From positions 544,001-608,000 of the forward strand of contig JBJBEO010000001.1 in the NCBI GenBank assembly GCA_047284725.1: a DNA stretch of 64,000 nt. The letters run 5' to 3'. Below, one piece after another: positions 50,557 to 60,662 of this stretch. The position numbers and the translations under genes are program-made. Numbering within the stretch: the stretch's first letter is position 1; each line of letters begins with the position of its first letter. The notes under the pieces are model-generated. The model was not told where the DNA came from. It saw nothing but the letters and a program-made list of their open reading frames with translations, and made no database searches. The stretch comes from Synechococcus sp. (lineage in GTDB: Bacteria; Cyanobacteriota; Cyanobacteriia; PCC-6307; Cyanobiaceae).

Positions 50557-50868
50557 ATGAACAAGACCACTCTTCTCAGCCTTGCTGCCGCCCTCGCGGC
50601 CAGTTCCGTTCTCTGTGACTCGACCCGTGCTGCTGTTCATAGCCAGCCGGATCCGTCGAATGCGCTGGAGCAGCGTATTCAGAAGTTCGGATCACAAGCC
50701 TGGTCGGCTCAGGGAGATCAGCTTCCCCAGCCGCCAGACCTTCTCGCTCGCGCCTGGGGTAATGGTGGAGGCCGCGCCTGGGGGAACGGTCGCGGTCGCG
50801 GTTTTGCCAATGGTGGCGGTGGCCGCACTTTTGCAAATGCCTACCGGGGAGGTTTCGCAAACTGGTGA
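50557..50868 (+). CDS. grrA: GrrA/OscA-family Gly-rich RiPP precursor
   Basis: Hydrophobic N-terminus, LEQRI leader motif and core AWGNGGGRAWGNGRGRGFANGGGGRTFANAYRGGFANW. Confidence 0.9.
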   Translation: MNKTTLLSLAAALAASSVLCDSTRAAVHSQPDPSNALEQRIQKFGSQAWSAQGDQLPQPPDLLARAWGNGGGRAWGNGRGRGFANGGGGRTFANAYRGGFANW

Positions 50869-52013
50869 AGACTTCTGATTTTGGTCCGATCGGCCTGGTG
50901 GTGATCCAGGCCACCTCCCTCTGCAATCTCGATTGCAGTTACTGCTATCTGCCGGATCGTCAAAAACGCCATCGTTTTGATCTGCAGCAGTTGCCTCTAC
51001 TGCTGCAGAGAATTTATGAAAGCCCCTACTGGGGACCCCAGCTTTCCATCCTTTGGCATGCGGGTGAACCCCTGACGCTGCCCTGCCGGTATTACGACGA
51101 GGCGACCGACCGTCTTGATGAGTTCACGGCCGACCTGCAGCAGCAGGGCGTGTTGATTGAGCAACATGTGCAGACCAACGCCACCTTGATCAACCAGGAG
51201 TGGGTGGATTGCTTTCGGCGCAACCGTCTCGTTGTGGGCGTGAGTGTGGATGGTCCGGAGAAGCTCCACGACACTCATCGTCGTTTTCGTAATGGGCGTG
51301 GATCCCACGCTCTCACCATGCGGGGTATCCGCTTGCTGCAGGATCAGGGCATTCCCTTTCATGCCATTGCTGTGCTTACGGAAGAGGCGTTGGGCCAGCC
51401 GGAGGCAATGTATGCGTTTCTCCGGGATGAGGGAATTCATCACATCGGCTTCAATGTGGAGGAACAGGAAGGGGTGAATGCCAGCTCTTCCATGCAGGGA
51501 CTCAGGCGTGAGCATCAATACCGCGACTTCCTGACCCGTTTTTGGATGTGCAATCAGCGGGATGGTTTCCCGATCAAGTTGCGTGAATTTGAACAAGTGC
51601 TGGAGATGATTCGCTGCGGCCAACGGCTGCGGCAGAATGAAATGAATCGGCCTTATTCGATTCTGAGCGTCGATGCTGCGGGTCACTTCTCCACCTTTGA
51701 CCCTGAGTTGTTATCTGTTCAGACAGATCGCTACGGAGTCTTCAATCTGGGTCACCTGCGTGACCTCTCCCTGGAGGAAGCGACACGAACCGAGGCGTTT
51801 CGCCAGCTTCATGGCGATATGACGGCGGGCATGAGCCGTTGCCGTGACCAGTGCGAGTACTACGGCTTCTGCGGTGGTGGTACAGGCAGCAACAAGTTCT
51901 GGGAGCACGGCACCCTGGATGCCAGCGAAACCTGTGCCTGCCGATTTGCCTCTAAGATTCCTGTTGATGTGGTGTTGGATCAGCTCGAAAGCCAGGTGGC
52001 GGAAGCGGGCTGA
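50865..52013 (+). CDS. grrM: Cyclophane-forming radical SAM/SPASM maturase GrrM/OscB
   Basis: CNLDCSYC, WHAGEP, STFDPELL and Cys-rich C-terminus CRDQCEYYGFCGGG...ETCAC; overlaps the precursor stop. Confidence 0.92.
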   Translation: MKTSDFGPIGLVVIQATSLCNLDCSYCYLPDRQKRHRFDLQQLPLLLQRIYESPYWGPQLSILWHAGEPLTLPCRYYDEATDRLDEFTADLQQQGVLIEQHVQTNATLINQEWVDCFRRNRLVVGVSVDGPEKLHDTHRRFRNGRGSHALTMRGIRLLQDQGIPFHAIAVLTEEALGQPEAMYAFLRDEGIHHIGFNVEEQEGVNASSSMQGLRREHQYRDFLTRFWMCNQRDGFPIKLREFEQVLEMIRCGQRLRQNEMNRPYSILSVDAAGHFSTFDPELLSVQTDRYGVFNLGHLRDLSLEEATRTEAFRQLHGDMTAGMSRCRDQCEYYGFCGGGTGSNKFWEHGTLDASETCACRFASKIPVDVVLDQLESQVAEAG

Positions 52014-52212
52014 GCCTTTCGTTGCCATGCCGGTGCGCCATCCAGGACAGCTGTCAGCAGCCGCTGGTCTGGCGTTTCGCTGGGGCTGGTGCTGGGCTGG
52101 AACACGGGCAAGTAGGCGTCGCTACGGAATCGCAATCAAAGTCCAAAAGAAGTCCAAAGAGATCGACCAGTGACCTGTAGGCAGTTTTATAATTGACCCA
52201 GTCGTTGTCCGA

Positions 52213-52452
52213 TTGGCGATGGTTGACCCTGTGGTGGCAGTAGCTGATTCACTTCAGGCTCTTCGGAATGGAACCACTGATGACCAGTGGGACCACCTCA
52301 AGGCCAACCCCCTAGTGAGGGATCTGCTGGGGAAGTGCTCCGATCTTGAAGCCGCATTGCTGGTGGGGGATGCGCTCCATCACCATCAGCGCAATGCACA
52401 ACGCATTCCTCTGAAATCAGTTGTTGATGCTCATCTTCTTCTCGCTGCCTGA
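52213..52452 (+). CDS. Hypothetical protein
   Basis: 79-aa ORF; start uncertain. Confidence 0.5.
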   Translation: MAMVDPVVAVADSLQALRNGTTDDQWDHLKANPLVRDLLGKCSDLEAALLVGDALHHHQRNAQRIPLKSVVDAHLLLAA

Positions 52453-52490
52453 GGTGGTCTTGGGGTGTTGGAAAGACGCACACCCTTCCC

Positions 52491-53036
52491 TCACTCGACC
52501 AGTGAAAAGCGCTCAGGTATCACGTCGCCTGTGAATTGAGCGACCCACCCTTCCGCGTTGTCGAAGAAGCGGATGACGCACAAGTTCGGTTCACTTCCCA
52601 TGTCGAACCAGTGCTTGATTCCTGCTGGGATTGAGATCCAGTCGTTGGCTTCACAGAGGACCTGGACAACTTCGTCGCCGATGTGAAGGTAGAACAAGCC
52701 CTGCCCCTCCACGAAAAAGCGCACCTCATCGTCGGCATGGCTGTGTTCGCTCAGAAATTTGCGGCGCAGGCTGTCGCGGTCAGGGTGGTCTGGGGTGATC
52801 CGAATTGCATCCACGGTTCGGTAGTGGCCTGAGGCCTGCACCCGGGCCAGCTCATGCGCATAGGCCTGAAGGATCGACTCCTGGTCGGCCCCTTCGGCTA
52901 GGGGCTTGTCGGCAGCCCATTGCTGGAAGCTGATCCCCCTGATTGCCAGCATCTGCCGGATCACAGCGGGGTCCGAGGTTTTCACTTGTGGCGCTGCGGT
53001 GGGCTTGCAGGCGTTGTGGATCTGAAGCTCGCTCAT
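52491..53036 (-). CDS. mtnD: Acireductone dioxygenase
   Basis: KFLSEHSHADDEVRFFVEGQGLF and IPAGIKHWFDMG cupin motifs. Confidence 0.93.
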   Translation of the reverse strand: MSELQIHNACKPTAAPQVKTSDPAVIRQMLAIRGISFQQWAADKPLAEGADQESILQAYAHELARVQASGHYRTVDAIRITPDHPDRDSLRRKFLSEHSHADDEVRFFVEGQGLFYLHIGDEVVQVLCEANDWISIPAGIKHWFDMGSEPNLCVIRFFDNAEGWVAQFTGDVIPERFSLVE

Positions 53037-53100
53037 GCCTGGGCTGAGGCAGTTCATCATTTTGGAGCCGCTTGGAGCCGCCTCGGTGTGGCCTAGAACG

Positions 53101-53883
53101 TTGCAAGTTGCAAACAGGTGTCTGAGCTCCACAGCCTCCTCCGCGCCGTCTCAGTCGGCGCCACTGGTCTTGATCGGTGTGGGCCCAGGTGATCCAGATC
53201 TGCTCACCCTGCGGGCCCATCGCTGCCTGGGTGCGGCCGATGTGGTGGCGTATCCGGTGGCCCATGCCGATGCCAAGGGGATGGCCGCCACCATTGCGGC
53301 CCCATTTCTGACGGCGGCCCAGCGGCATTTGCCGCTTGTCTTCCCGATGGTGAAGGATCCGGCGGTGTTGCAGGACGCCTGGAGGGCTGCAGCGGCTTGC
53401 TTGGCAAAGGAAGTGGAGCAGGGCCACCGCGTGGTGTTTCTCTGCGAAGGCGATGTGTCGTTGTTTGCCACCGGCAGTTACGTGCTGCTGGCTCTGCAGC
53501 GTCACCACCCCAAGGTGAAGGTGCAGGTCATTCCTGGCATCTCCTCGGTGGCTGCGGCGGCTGCCGCAGGTTCCTGGCCCCTCGCGTTTCAGAAGGAGGG
53601 GTTATTGATTCGCCCCTGCCCAGAGACGCCGGAGGCCATGGACGCCCTGTTGGCACTGGCAAAGGCCAGTGGAACCGTTCTGGCTCTCCTCAAGCTTGGT
53701 GTTCGCTGGCACTGGATTCAGCCTTTGCTGCAGGCCCGTGGTCTGTTGGATGATGCCTTGTTCGCCGAGAGAGTGGGCTGGCCAGATCAACGGGTGATGT
53801 CGGCGGCTGCCGTGCAGGCTGGGGAGCGACCCTATTTCTCGTTGCTGCTGGTCCGTCAGGGCACCAGTGCCGTTTTGCCGTAG
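53101..53883 (+). CDS. cobI: Precorrin-2 C20-methyltransferase
   Basis: IGVGPGDPDLLTL, LVFPM, FLCEGD, VIPGISS and PYFSLLLV motifs; start uncertain. Confidence 0.9.
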   Translation: MQVANRCLSSTASSAPSQSAPLVLIGVGPGDPDLLTLRAHRCLGAADVVAYPVAHADAKGMAATIAAPFLTAAQRHLPLVFPMVKDPAVLQDAWRAAAACLAKEVEQGHRVVFLCEGDVSLFATGSYVLLALQRHHPKVKVQVIPGISSVAAAAAAGSWPLAFQKEGLLIRPCPETPEAMDALLALAKASGTVLALLKLGVRWHWIQPLLQARGLLDDALFAERVGWPDQRVMSAAAVQAGERPYFSLLLVRQGTSAVLP

Positions 53884-53886
53884 GAG

Positions 53887-54528
53887 ATGACCGTGATCCT
53901 GCTTTCTGTGCCGTCCCTCAGCCTGATGCAGTGGCTGGGGCTTGTGCATCCGGTGCTGATCATTTTGTTCGTGTACCCGGTGGTGGGCGCCACGATCCGG
54001 CTGGGGATCCTGGCGCGCGAGCGGCGCCTGGATCTCAATCCGATTGCGCCCACCGTGCCAGTTGAGCATGCTGATCACGGCCGCTGGGTCACGGCTGTGA
54101 TGGTGGTGGCGGTGCTGATCGCCATGGCCCATAACGTGGCCACCGCGCCGGTGACTCTGGCTGCCCCTCGGATTGCCGGTTTTCTTGCGGCTGAGCTCGG
54201 TGTGATTGCCGCGTTGGTGGCACTGCTGCGTTCCAGGCGCACGGTCTTGCGCCTGGGTTGGGCGATCAGTACCTGGATCGGTTTGTTGCTGCTGGGATCG
54301 CAGCCGGAGGTGCATCGCGGTGCCGACTGGCCCTGGCAAGCCGCCTTCTGGCAATCCCATTACTGGGGCGGCATGGCTTTGTGCGCGTTGTTGCTGCTCT
54401 CCATGGGGCTGCAAGCGGAGATCGGCAGGCGACTGTCGATGCGGCGCCTCCATGTGGGCTTGAACCTGATGGTGGCGTTGTTGCTGGCGACCCAGGCGAT
54501 CAGTGGCACCCGCAACCTGATCAGCTGA
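53887..54528 (+). CDS. DUF4079 family membrane protein
   Basis: HPVLIILFVYPVVGATIRLG...EHADHG and Q..SGTR.L. Confidence 0.8.
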   Translation: MTVILLSVPSLSLMQWLGLVHPVLIILFVYPVVGATIRLGILARERRLDLNPIAPTVPVEHADHGRWVTAVMVVAVLIAMAHNVATAPVTLAAPRIAGFLAAELGVIAALVALLRSRRTVLRLGWAISTWIGLLLLGSQPEVHRGADWPWQAAFWQSHYWGGMALCALLLLSMGLQAEIGRRLSMRRLHVGLNLMVALLLATQAISGTRNLIS

Positions 54529-56533
54529 GCTTCTGTCGCATCAAGCTGCGTTGCAGCGGGCCTGGCGCGGCTGCCGGACGCACGATGCGGCTGAGCAACA
54601 CCAGCAGAGCTTTCCATTCCCCCTGGGCTTGACGATCGGGCCAGCACCCTGGGCGCCCGTAGAGCCAGCGGATCAACGCTTGTTTCCTTGGGTCGTTTGT
54701 GACCATTGGCCATCGCAGCGCCATGTGCTGGCCGCGGCGTTGGACCAGGCTGATCGGCATGGCCGGCACCTGTTGGCACCAGCTCAGGTCTTGACCCTTC
54801 AGGTCTTGAAGCTCAGAGCCTGGAAGCCTCAGTTCAACGCCCGACTCACTGATGGCGGTGATCGTGCAGGGGCGAGTCGAGCCGCTGGTGTCGCTGAGCC
54901 AAGCGGGGCAGTTGAGCTGCAGCCAGGGGGCAGGATCGGAGGCCGGTGGATCCCAGCAGGCCCGCAGCGCTATCAGCAGGCTGATCAGATTCACGCTGGC
55001 CCAGAGCAGACCAATCGGGCGGCCACTGACCGCCTGGGGGTCCAATGGGGCAGAGGGCATCAGAAGGCCCTGCAGGTTGATCAGGCTGATCACCGTCAGC
55101 CCCAACAGGGGCAGCACCAATGCAGCGCTGCAACTGCCGCGGTCGCGGCGCTGATGTTTCGGTGTGATGCGAAAGCCACTGCTTGATCGCCTCAGGAGCA
55201 GTCGCCAGCCTTGTTGCAGCACAGTGATGCTCAGAGGCACCGCCAGCACCCAGCTGGTGAGCTCACTGATCAGGGCCCCGCGGGAGCTGCGGTTCAGCCA
55301 GCCCACACCGAGTAGCAGTGTTCCCCAGAGCGGCAGCAACTGATCCCGGGCGTCTTGCCAGCTCATCAACACCGGCAGTGTGTGCAGCAGCCCATAGCTG
55401 AGGGGCATCAGCAACAACGCCATCCGGATCAGCATGTTGAGCCAATGCGCCGCGCCCTCCAGATAGGCGATGCGTTGGCCGAGGTTGAGATTGGGACTGC
55501 GCAGGGGGCCCTGCTTCAGCCCCAGGCTTTGCAAGGTGCCTTCAGCCCAGCGTTGTCGCTGACGCACGAAATCAGTCATCGTTTCTGCTGCCAGGCCAGC
55601 ACTGAGCTTTTCCTGCAGGTAGATCAGCCTCCAGCCTTGGGCGTTGAGGGCGATCCCGGTGACGAGGTCCTCTGAAATCGCATTCCCGACAAATCCACCC
55701 ACGCTCTCGAGGGCTGATCGGCGGGCCACAAACGACGTGCCAGCGCAGACCACGGCGCCCCACCCATCACGCACGGGCTGAATCCAGCGATAGAAGCTTT
55801 CTTCATCGGAGAGAAGCCACGGTTCCATCCCCAGATTGCGCATCACCGGATCTGCATTGAGGAAGCATTGCGGCGTCTGCACCAGGGCCACATCCGGTTC
55901 GCTCAGAAATCCGATGCAGCGGCGGAGAAAGTCCTTTTGGGGAATGAAGTCAGCATCCAGTACTGCCACCAGTTCCCCTCGGCCATACCTGAGCCCGTGG
56001 TTGAGGTTGCCGGCTTTGGCCTGCACCCGTTCCGGTCGGTGCAGATACCGGCAGCCCAGGCGGAGTGCCAGTTGCCGCACATCCGCGCGGCCGCTGTCAT
56101 CCAACACCCAGACCTGGGTGTGGGCATAGCTCTGCTGCCTGCATCCGATCAGGGTGCGTTCCAGCACGGCCAGCGGTTCGCCGCAGGTGGGCACGTAGAG
56201 GTCCACCTTGGGTCGCCAGTGACTGGCTAGCCAGCGTTGTTCCACGGCATCCATTTGGTCGCGGCGATCCGGAAACCGTTTCCATGCCAGCCCGATGGCG
56301 ATCAGGCCCGTGAGCAGCAGCCAGCTTTCGGTCAGCAGCAGCCCCAGGCTGAGACCGCTGGAGAGAGGCGTGCTGAGGTTGAGGCTGTCAGTGACGCGCC
56401 AGCACAGATAGCGCAGGGTCAGCAGGCTGATGAGCAGGATCAGGCTGCGGCGCGCCCATAAAGGACTCTCGTGTTCTGGGCGTCGCCGGAGCCAGAGGGG
56501 CAACATCAGTGCCAGCAGGGCCCACCAGCTCAT
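54521..56533 (-). CDS. Cellulose-synthase-like GT2 (BcsA/XcsA-type)
   Basis: VLDD, KAGNLN, DAD, QTPQ, SED and QRQRW motifs; TM helices; PilZ-like C-terminus. Confidence 0.88.
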   Translation of the reverse strand: MSWWALLALMLPLWLRRRPEHESPLWARRSLILLISLLTLRYLCWRVTDSLNLSTPLSSGLSLGLLLTESWLLLTGLIAIGLAWKRFPDRRDQMDAVEQRWLASHWRPKVDLYVPTCGEPLAVLERTLIGCRQQSYAHTQVWVLDDSGRADVRQLALRLGCRYLHRPERVQAKAGNLNHGLRYGRGELVAVLDADFIPQKDFLRRCIGFLSEPDVALVQTPQCFLNADPVMRNLGMEPWLLSDEESFYRWIQPVRDGWGAVVCAGTSFVARRSALESVGGFVGNAISEDLVTGIALNAQGWRLIYLQEKLSAGLAAETMTDFVRQRQRWAEGTLQSLGLKQGPLRSPNLNLGQRIAYLEGAAHWLNMLIRMALLLMPLSYGLLHTLPVLMSWQDARDQLLPLWGTLLLGVGWLNRSSRGALISELTSWVLAVPLSITVLQQGWRLLLRRSSSGFRITPKHQRRDRGSCSAALVLPLLGLTVISLINLQGLLMPSAPLDPQAVSGRPIGLLWASVNLISLLIALRACWDPPASDPAPWLQLNCPAWLSDTSGSTRPCTITAISESGVELRLPGSELQDLKGQDLSWCQQVPAMPISLVQRRGQHMALRWPMVTNDPRKQALIRWLYGRPGCWPDRQAQGEWKALLVLLSRIVRPAAAPGPLQRSLMRQKLS

Positions 56534-57549
56534 CCCAGTTGTTGCAACTGGCCATCCAGCAGGTCCAGTGCGTCCTGAGGGCTGGGGGCGCGCATCAGGG
56601 CATGGCGTAACTGGGGAGCTCCAGGGAAGCCAGTGCAGGTCCAGCTCATGTGTTTTCGGGCAATCAACAGCCCGTGATCCCCGCGGTCGGCCACTAGGGC
56701 GACCAACTGCTCGCGGGCGATTGTCAGGCGTTCGGCCGCTCCAGGCGTGGTGGGAATTGGTCGGCCCGAAAGCGCGGAATCAATCTGGCCCACCAGCCAG
56801 GGGGAGCCCATCGTGCCCCGGCCGACCATCACTCCATCGGCCCCTGTCTCTGCGAGGCAGCGCAGGGCGTCATCCGGTGTGTTGACGTCGCCGTTGGCGA
56901 TCACTGGAATCGTGAGGGCGTTCTTGACGGCGGCGATCGCCTGCCAGTCGGCACGACCACTGAACTTCTGTTCCCGGGTGCGGCCATGCAGCGTGAGCAG
57001 GCGAGCACCGGCCCTTTCCAGCTGTTGGCACCACTGCACGGCATCGGCGGTCGATCCATCGCTGCCACACCAGCCCAGGCGGGTCTTCACGGTCACAGGA
57101 ATGGCAACGGCTGCGGCCACCGTGTCCACGATCCGTGCGGCCAGGTCTGGCTCACGGATCAGACCGCTGCCCCCGCCTTTTTTGGCGATTTTTTTGACCG
57201 GGCATCCCATGTTGATGTCGATCAGGAAGGCTCCCGATGCTTCAGCTCGACGAGCGGCTTCCGCCATGGCCTGGGGCCGGTGATCAAACAGCTGCACCCC
57301 GATGGGGCCGGCTTCCTGGGTCAGCTCCTCCACCTTGCGGCGTCCATGGCCGAGCTCAAGGCTGGTGGCATTCACCATTTCGGTGAACAGCAGAGCATCG
57401 GGTGCCCACCGGCGCACCAAGTGGCGGAAGATGCGGTCGCTGACTCCGGCCAGCGGAGACTGGAGAACCCGGCAACGCAGCTGCCGCTCGCTCCGACTCC
57501 CCTTCAGGGCAAGGGGAGTGACGAACCGTTCGATGGCGGCTGGCGTCAT
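56530..57549 (-). CDS. dusB: tRNA dihydrouridine synthase
   Basis: PLAGVSD, IDINMGCP, HGRTREQ and VIANGD motifs. Confidence 0.93.
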   Translation of the reverse strand: MTPAAIERFVTPLALKGSRSERQLRCRVLQSPLAGVSDRIFRHLVRRWAPDALLFTEMVNATSLELGHGRRKVEELTQEAGPIGVQLFDHRPQAMAEAARRAEASGAFLIDINMGCPVKKIAKKGGGSGLIREPDLAARIVDTVAAAVAIPVTVKTRLGWCGSDGSTADAVQWCQQLERAGARLLTLHGRTREQKFSGRADWQAIAAVKNALTIPVIANGDVNTPDDALRCLAETGADGVMVGRGTMGSPWLVGQIDSALSGRPIPTTPGAAERLTIAREQLVALVADRGDHGLLIARKHMSWTCTGFPGAPQLRHALMRAPSPQDALDLLDGQLQQLG

Positions 57550-57606
57550 GGCTGCCTCCTGGAGCAATCATTCTCCCTTGCGATCCCAGGCGTTCGCGAT
57601 CGGGAT

Positions 57607-58188
57607 TCAGGCCGCCGAACGTCGGTTGTCGCGTTCCCGTTGTGCCCGGCTCACCTGGCTTTCGATGGCATTGCGTAGCCAGGCCGACACTGACCAGTCG
57701 CCAGCCTTGGCGAGCCGTTCCACCTCCTGCATGAGATCCACAGGCAGTGAAAGGGGCACCGTCTGGATGCTGTGGGGGCTGGCGGGCCTGTTTTTGCCTG
57801 CGGGGGCATCGATCAGCAACAACTGCACCTTGAGGACTTCCAGTCGCGTGCCTGGCCTGGATCCGCCTCGCTGCACCTGGCGCAGCGACAGTCGCACGGG
57901 TTGGCCGGTGTGGATCTGCTGGCGGCTGCGGCGTGGCAGCGGTTCATCGCGCCGATCGCAGAACAGCGGCTGACTGCGCTGAGAGCTGGTGCTGTAGGTG
58001 AAGGTCACCAGGCCGTCGCGATCCCAGGGCAATGGAGCCAGGGCTGCAGCCTCTTTGCCCATCCACCTGCGCTGGTTCTTGCGCACTTTGCGTTGCAGGT
58101 CAGGCGGCAGCGGAAAGACCAGCCGCTGCAGAGAGCTTTCCTTCGTAACGCGAGTCCCTGAGGAGAGGGTGGTGTCAACGACATACAT
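57607..58188 (-). CDS. Hypothetical protein with C-terminal ribbon-helix-helix-like domain
   Basis: TVPLSLPVDLMQEVERLAKAGDWSVSAWLRNAIE. Confidence 0.65.
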   Translation of the reverse strand: MYVVDTTLSSGTRVTKESSLQRLVFPLPPDLQRKVRKNQRRWMGKEAAALAPLPWDRDGLVTFTYSTSSQRSQPLFCDRRDEPLPRRSRQQIHTGQPVRLSLRQVQRGGSRPGTRLEVLKVQLLLIDAPAGKNRPASPHSIQTVPLSLPVDLMQEVERLAKAGDWSVSAWLRNAIESQVSRAQRERDNRRSAA

Positions 58189-58249
58189 GCCCCGAATTTA
58201 TCGGGTGGGTTTGTGGGCTGTCTGTCGCCTGGATGCATGAAACGATGAG

Positions 58250-58735
58250 GTGCCTCGCCCTGAAGCTCAGGTGCCTCTTTGGCTTCTCAGTCGTGCTCTG
58301 CTGCAGCAGATCCTTGAGGACCGCACCAGTGATCGTTTCGTGGCGGAACGCATCTGGGAGCGGCTCGGCTATCAGCGCCCATCGGGGAGCGAAGGCGGTG
58401 GCCCATGGCTTGCCGGCCCAGACACCCCCGAAAGTTGGCGTGAGGCTTTTCCCGAGGGGCCGGAGGTGATTGCCACCCGTCCTGCGTCGGTGGCCCTGAC
58501 CCGTTCAGTGCCGAAGCCCCTGAAGCAACTGCTGAAGGAGCAGATGGGCTTCAAGGGTTACAAGATCGGTGAGCTCTATCCCCGACGAACCCGCCGAGCC
58601 ACGGCGGTCAACTGGTTGCTCGCTTGGTTGGTGGAGGCAGGTGAGCCCCTCCTTGAGGAGGGGCCCCTTCCTCCACGGCTTGAGCCCCCAGCTGACCCTG
58701 TGGGTGGTCATCCCGGCGATCTGCCCGTGAGCTGA
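58250..58735 (+). CDS. DUF1823 family protein
   Basis: SDRFV...WERLGY and GFKGYKIGELYPRRTRRATAVNWLL. Confidence 0.85.
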   Translation: MPRPEAQVPLWLLSRALLQQILEDRTSDRFVAERIWERLGYQRPSGSEGGGPWLAGPDTPESWREAFPEGPEVIATRPASVALTRSVPKPLKQLLKEQMGFKGYKIGELYPRRTRRATAVNWLLAWLVEAGEPLLEEGPLPPRLEPPADPVGGHPGDLPVS

Positions 58736-58771
58736 GTCCAAGGGCGTGTGGCGCCGCGATGGAGTCGTTGT

Positions 58772-59155
58772 TCAGACCTGGATCAGCACTTTGGTTCCCT
58801 TCTGGGTGTTTTCGAACAGCCAACGGGCTTCGGCGGTGGGCATGCGCACGCAGCCGTTGCTGCGGGGAACGCCAAAGGCCTGCCCTGCATCTTCCTGCCA
58901 GGGGGCACCGTGCAGGCAGATCATTTCGTTGGCGGTGATGCACATGGCATAGGGAACGCCAGGGGCGACATAGTTACGGCCGCGCATCGTCACCGATCGG
59001 TATTTGGTCAGCACTGACCCCAGTCCTGTCGGCGTGGGTGTGGCGGCTTTGCCGGTGCTGACTGGGATGATCCGCACCACTTGTTCCTGGCTGTCATACA
59101 CCGTCAGTTTCTGGTCGGAGAGATCCACCACCAGCGAAGCGATCAATTCGATCAT
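58772..59155 (-). CDS. L,D-transpeptidase (YkuD)
   Basis: VSTG...TPTG and LHG...SNGCVRM motifs. Confidence 0.88.
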   Translation of the reverse strand: MIELIASLVVDLSDQKLTVYDSQEQVVRIIPVSTGKAATPTPTGLGSVLTKYRSVTMRGRNYVAPGVPYAMCITANEMICLHGAPWQEDAGQAFGVPRSNGCVRMPTAEARWLFENTQKGTKVLIQV

Positions 59156-59291
59156 GGGAAGACCCGCCGCGGAGGCGGAGTGAACTCTCCGACCCATAGC
59201 TGTCTCTTTTGGTTCTCATGCGTCTCAATTGGAAAGGTTTTGTTTTTCGCGCCTCTGTAGTGTCAAAAACATCTGTTCTCGTGGTATCGCC

Positions 59292-60659
59292 GTGGCGCGT
59301 CCGGTCGTAGCCATCATCGGACGCCCCAACGTCGGTAAGTCCACGCTGGTCAATCGCCTCTGCCGCAGCAGGGAGGCCATCGTTCACGACGAACCCGGGG
59401 TGACCCGAGACCGCACCTACCAGGATGGCTATTGGGGCGACCGCGACTTCAAGGTGGTCGACACCGGCGGCTTGGTGTTCGACGACGACAGCGAGTTTTT
59501 GCCTGAGATCCGTGAGCAGGCCAATCTGGCGATGGCTGAGGCCTGTGTCGCGTTGGTGATCGTCGATGGCCAGCAGGGCATGACGGCAGCCGATGAGTCG
59601 ATTGCGGAATGGTTGCGCACCCAGAACTGCCCCACGCTCCTGGCGGTCAACAAATGCGAGTCGCCCGATCAGGGTCTGGCGATGGCAGCGGAGTTCTGGA
59701 GTTTGGGGCTGGGCGAGCCCCACCCGATCTCCGCCATTCATGGTGCTGGCACGGGTGATCTGCTCGATCAGGTGCTCACCTTCCTTCCTCCGAAGAATGA
59801 ACAAGGAGATGAGGATGAGCCGATTCAGATGGCGATCGTTGGACGCCCCAATGTGGGCAAATCCAGCCTGCTCAATGCCATCTGCGGCGAGCAACGGGCG
59901 ATTGTCAGCCCGATCCGCGGCACCACCCGCGACACGATTGACACCAGCATCGAGCGCCAGGGCATGCCCTGGAAGCTGGTGGACACCGCTGGAATTCGCC
60001 GTCGCCGCAGCGTCAACTACGGCCCGGAATTCTTTGGCATCAACCGCAGTTTCAAAGCGATTGAGCGCAGCGATGTCTGCGTGCTGGTCATTGATGCTCT
60101 TGATGGCGTGACCGAGCAGGATCAGCGCCTCGCCGGACGGATTGAAGACGAGGGTCGTGCCTGCGTGGTGGTGGTCAACAAATGGGATGCCGTCGAGAAA
60201 GACAGCCACACCATGCCGGCGATGGAGAAGGAGCTGCGCGCCAAGCTCTATTTCCTCGATTGGGCGCCGATGTTGTTCACCTCGGCTCTCACGGGGCAAC
60301 GGGTCGACAGCATCTTTGCCCTGGCCGCGCTGGCGGTGGAGCAGCATCGCCGCAGGGTGAGCACATCAGTGGTGAACGAAGTGCTGAAGGAGGCCCTCAG
60401 CTGGCGCAGCCCGCCGACGACCCGCGGCGGGCGCCAAGGACGCTTGTATTACGGCACTCAGGTGGCGAGCCGTCCCCCCAGTTTCACGCTGTTTGTCAAC
60501 GACCCCAAGTTGTTCGGTGATACCTACCGTCGCTATGTGGAACGGCAAATCCGTGAAGGTCTTGGTTATGAGGGCACTCCCTTGAAATTGTTCTGGCGCG
60601 GTAAGCAGCAGCGCGATGCCGAGCGTGATCTCGCCCGTCAGCAGACCCGCTCCAGCTGA
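59292..60659 (+). CDS. der: Ribosome biogenesis GTPase Der
   Basis: Two GRPNVGKS G-domains. Confidence 0.98.
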   Translation: MARPVVAIIGRPNVGKSTLVNRLCRSREAIVHDEPGVTRDRTYQDGYWGDRDFKVVDTGGLVFDDDSEFLPEIREQANLAMAEACVALVIVDGQQGMTAADESIAEWLRTQNCPTLLAVNKCESPDQGLAMAAEFWSLGLGEPHPISAIHGAGTGDLLDQVLTFLPPKNEQGDEDEPIQMAIVGRPNVGKSSLLNAICGEQRAIVSPIRGTTRDTIDTSIERQGMPWKLVDTAGIRRRRSVNYGPEFFGINRSFKAIERSDVCVLVIDALDGVTEQDQRLAGRIEDEGRACVVVVNKWDAVEKDSHTMPAMEKELRAKLYFLDWAPMLFTSALTGQRVDSIFALAALAVEQHRRRVSTSVVNEVLKEALSWRSPPTTRGGRQGRLYYGTQVASRPPSFTLFVNDPKLFGDTYRRYVERQIREGLGYEGTPLKLFWRGKQQRDAERDLARQQTRSS

Positions 60660-60662
60660 CGC

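Noticed and set aside
50745..50868. Short DNA repeats (cgcgcctgggg, ttttgc.aatg) as a repeat array
   Set aside because: They are explained by the repeated WGN/FAN peptide motifs of the RiPP precursor.
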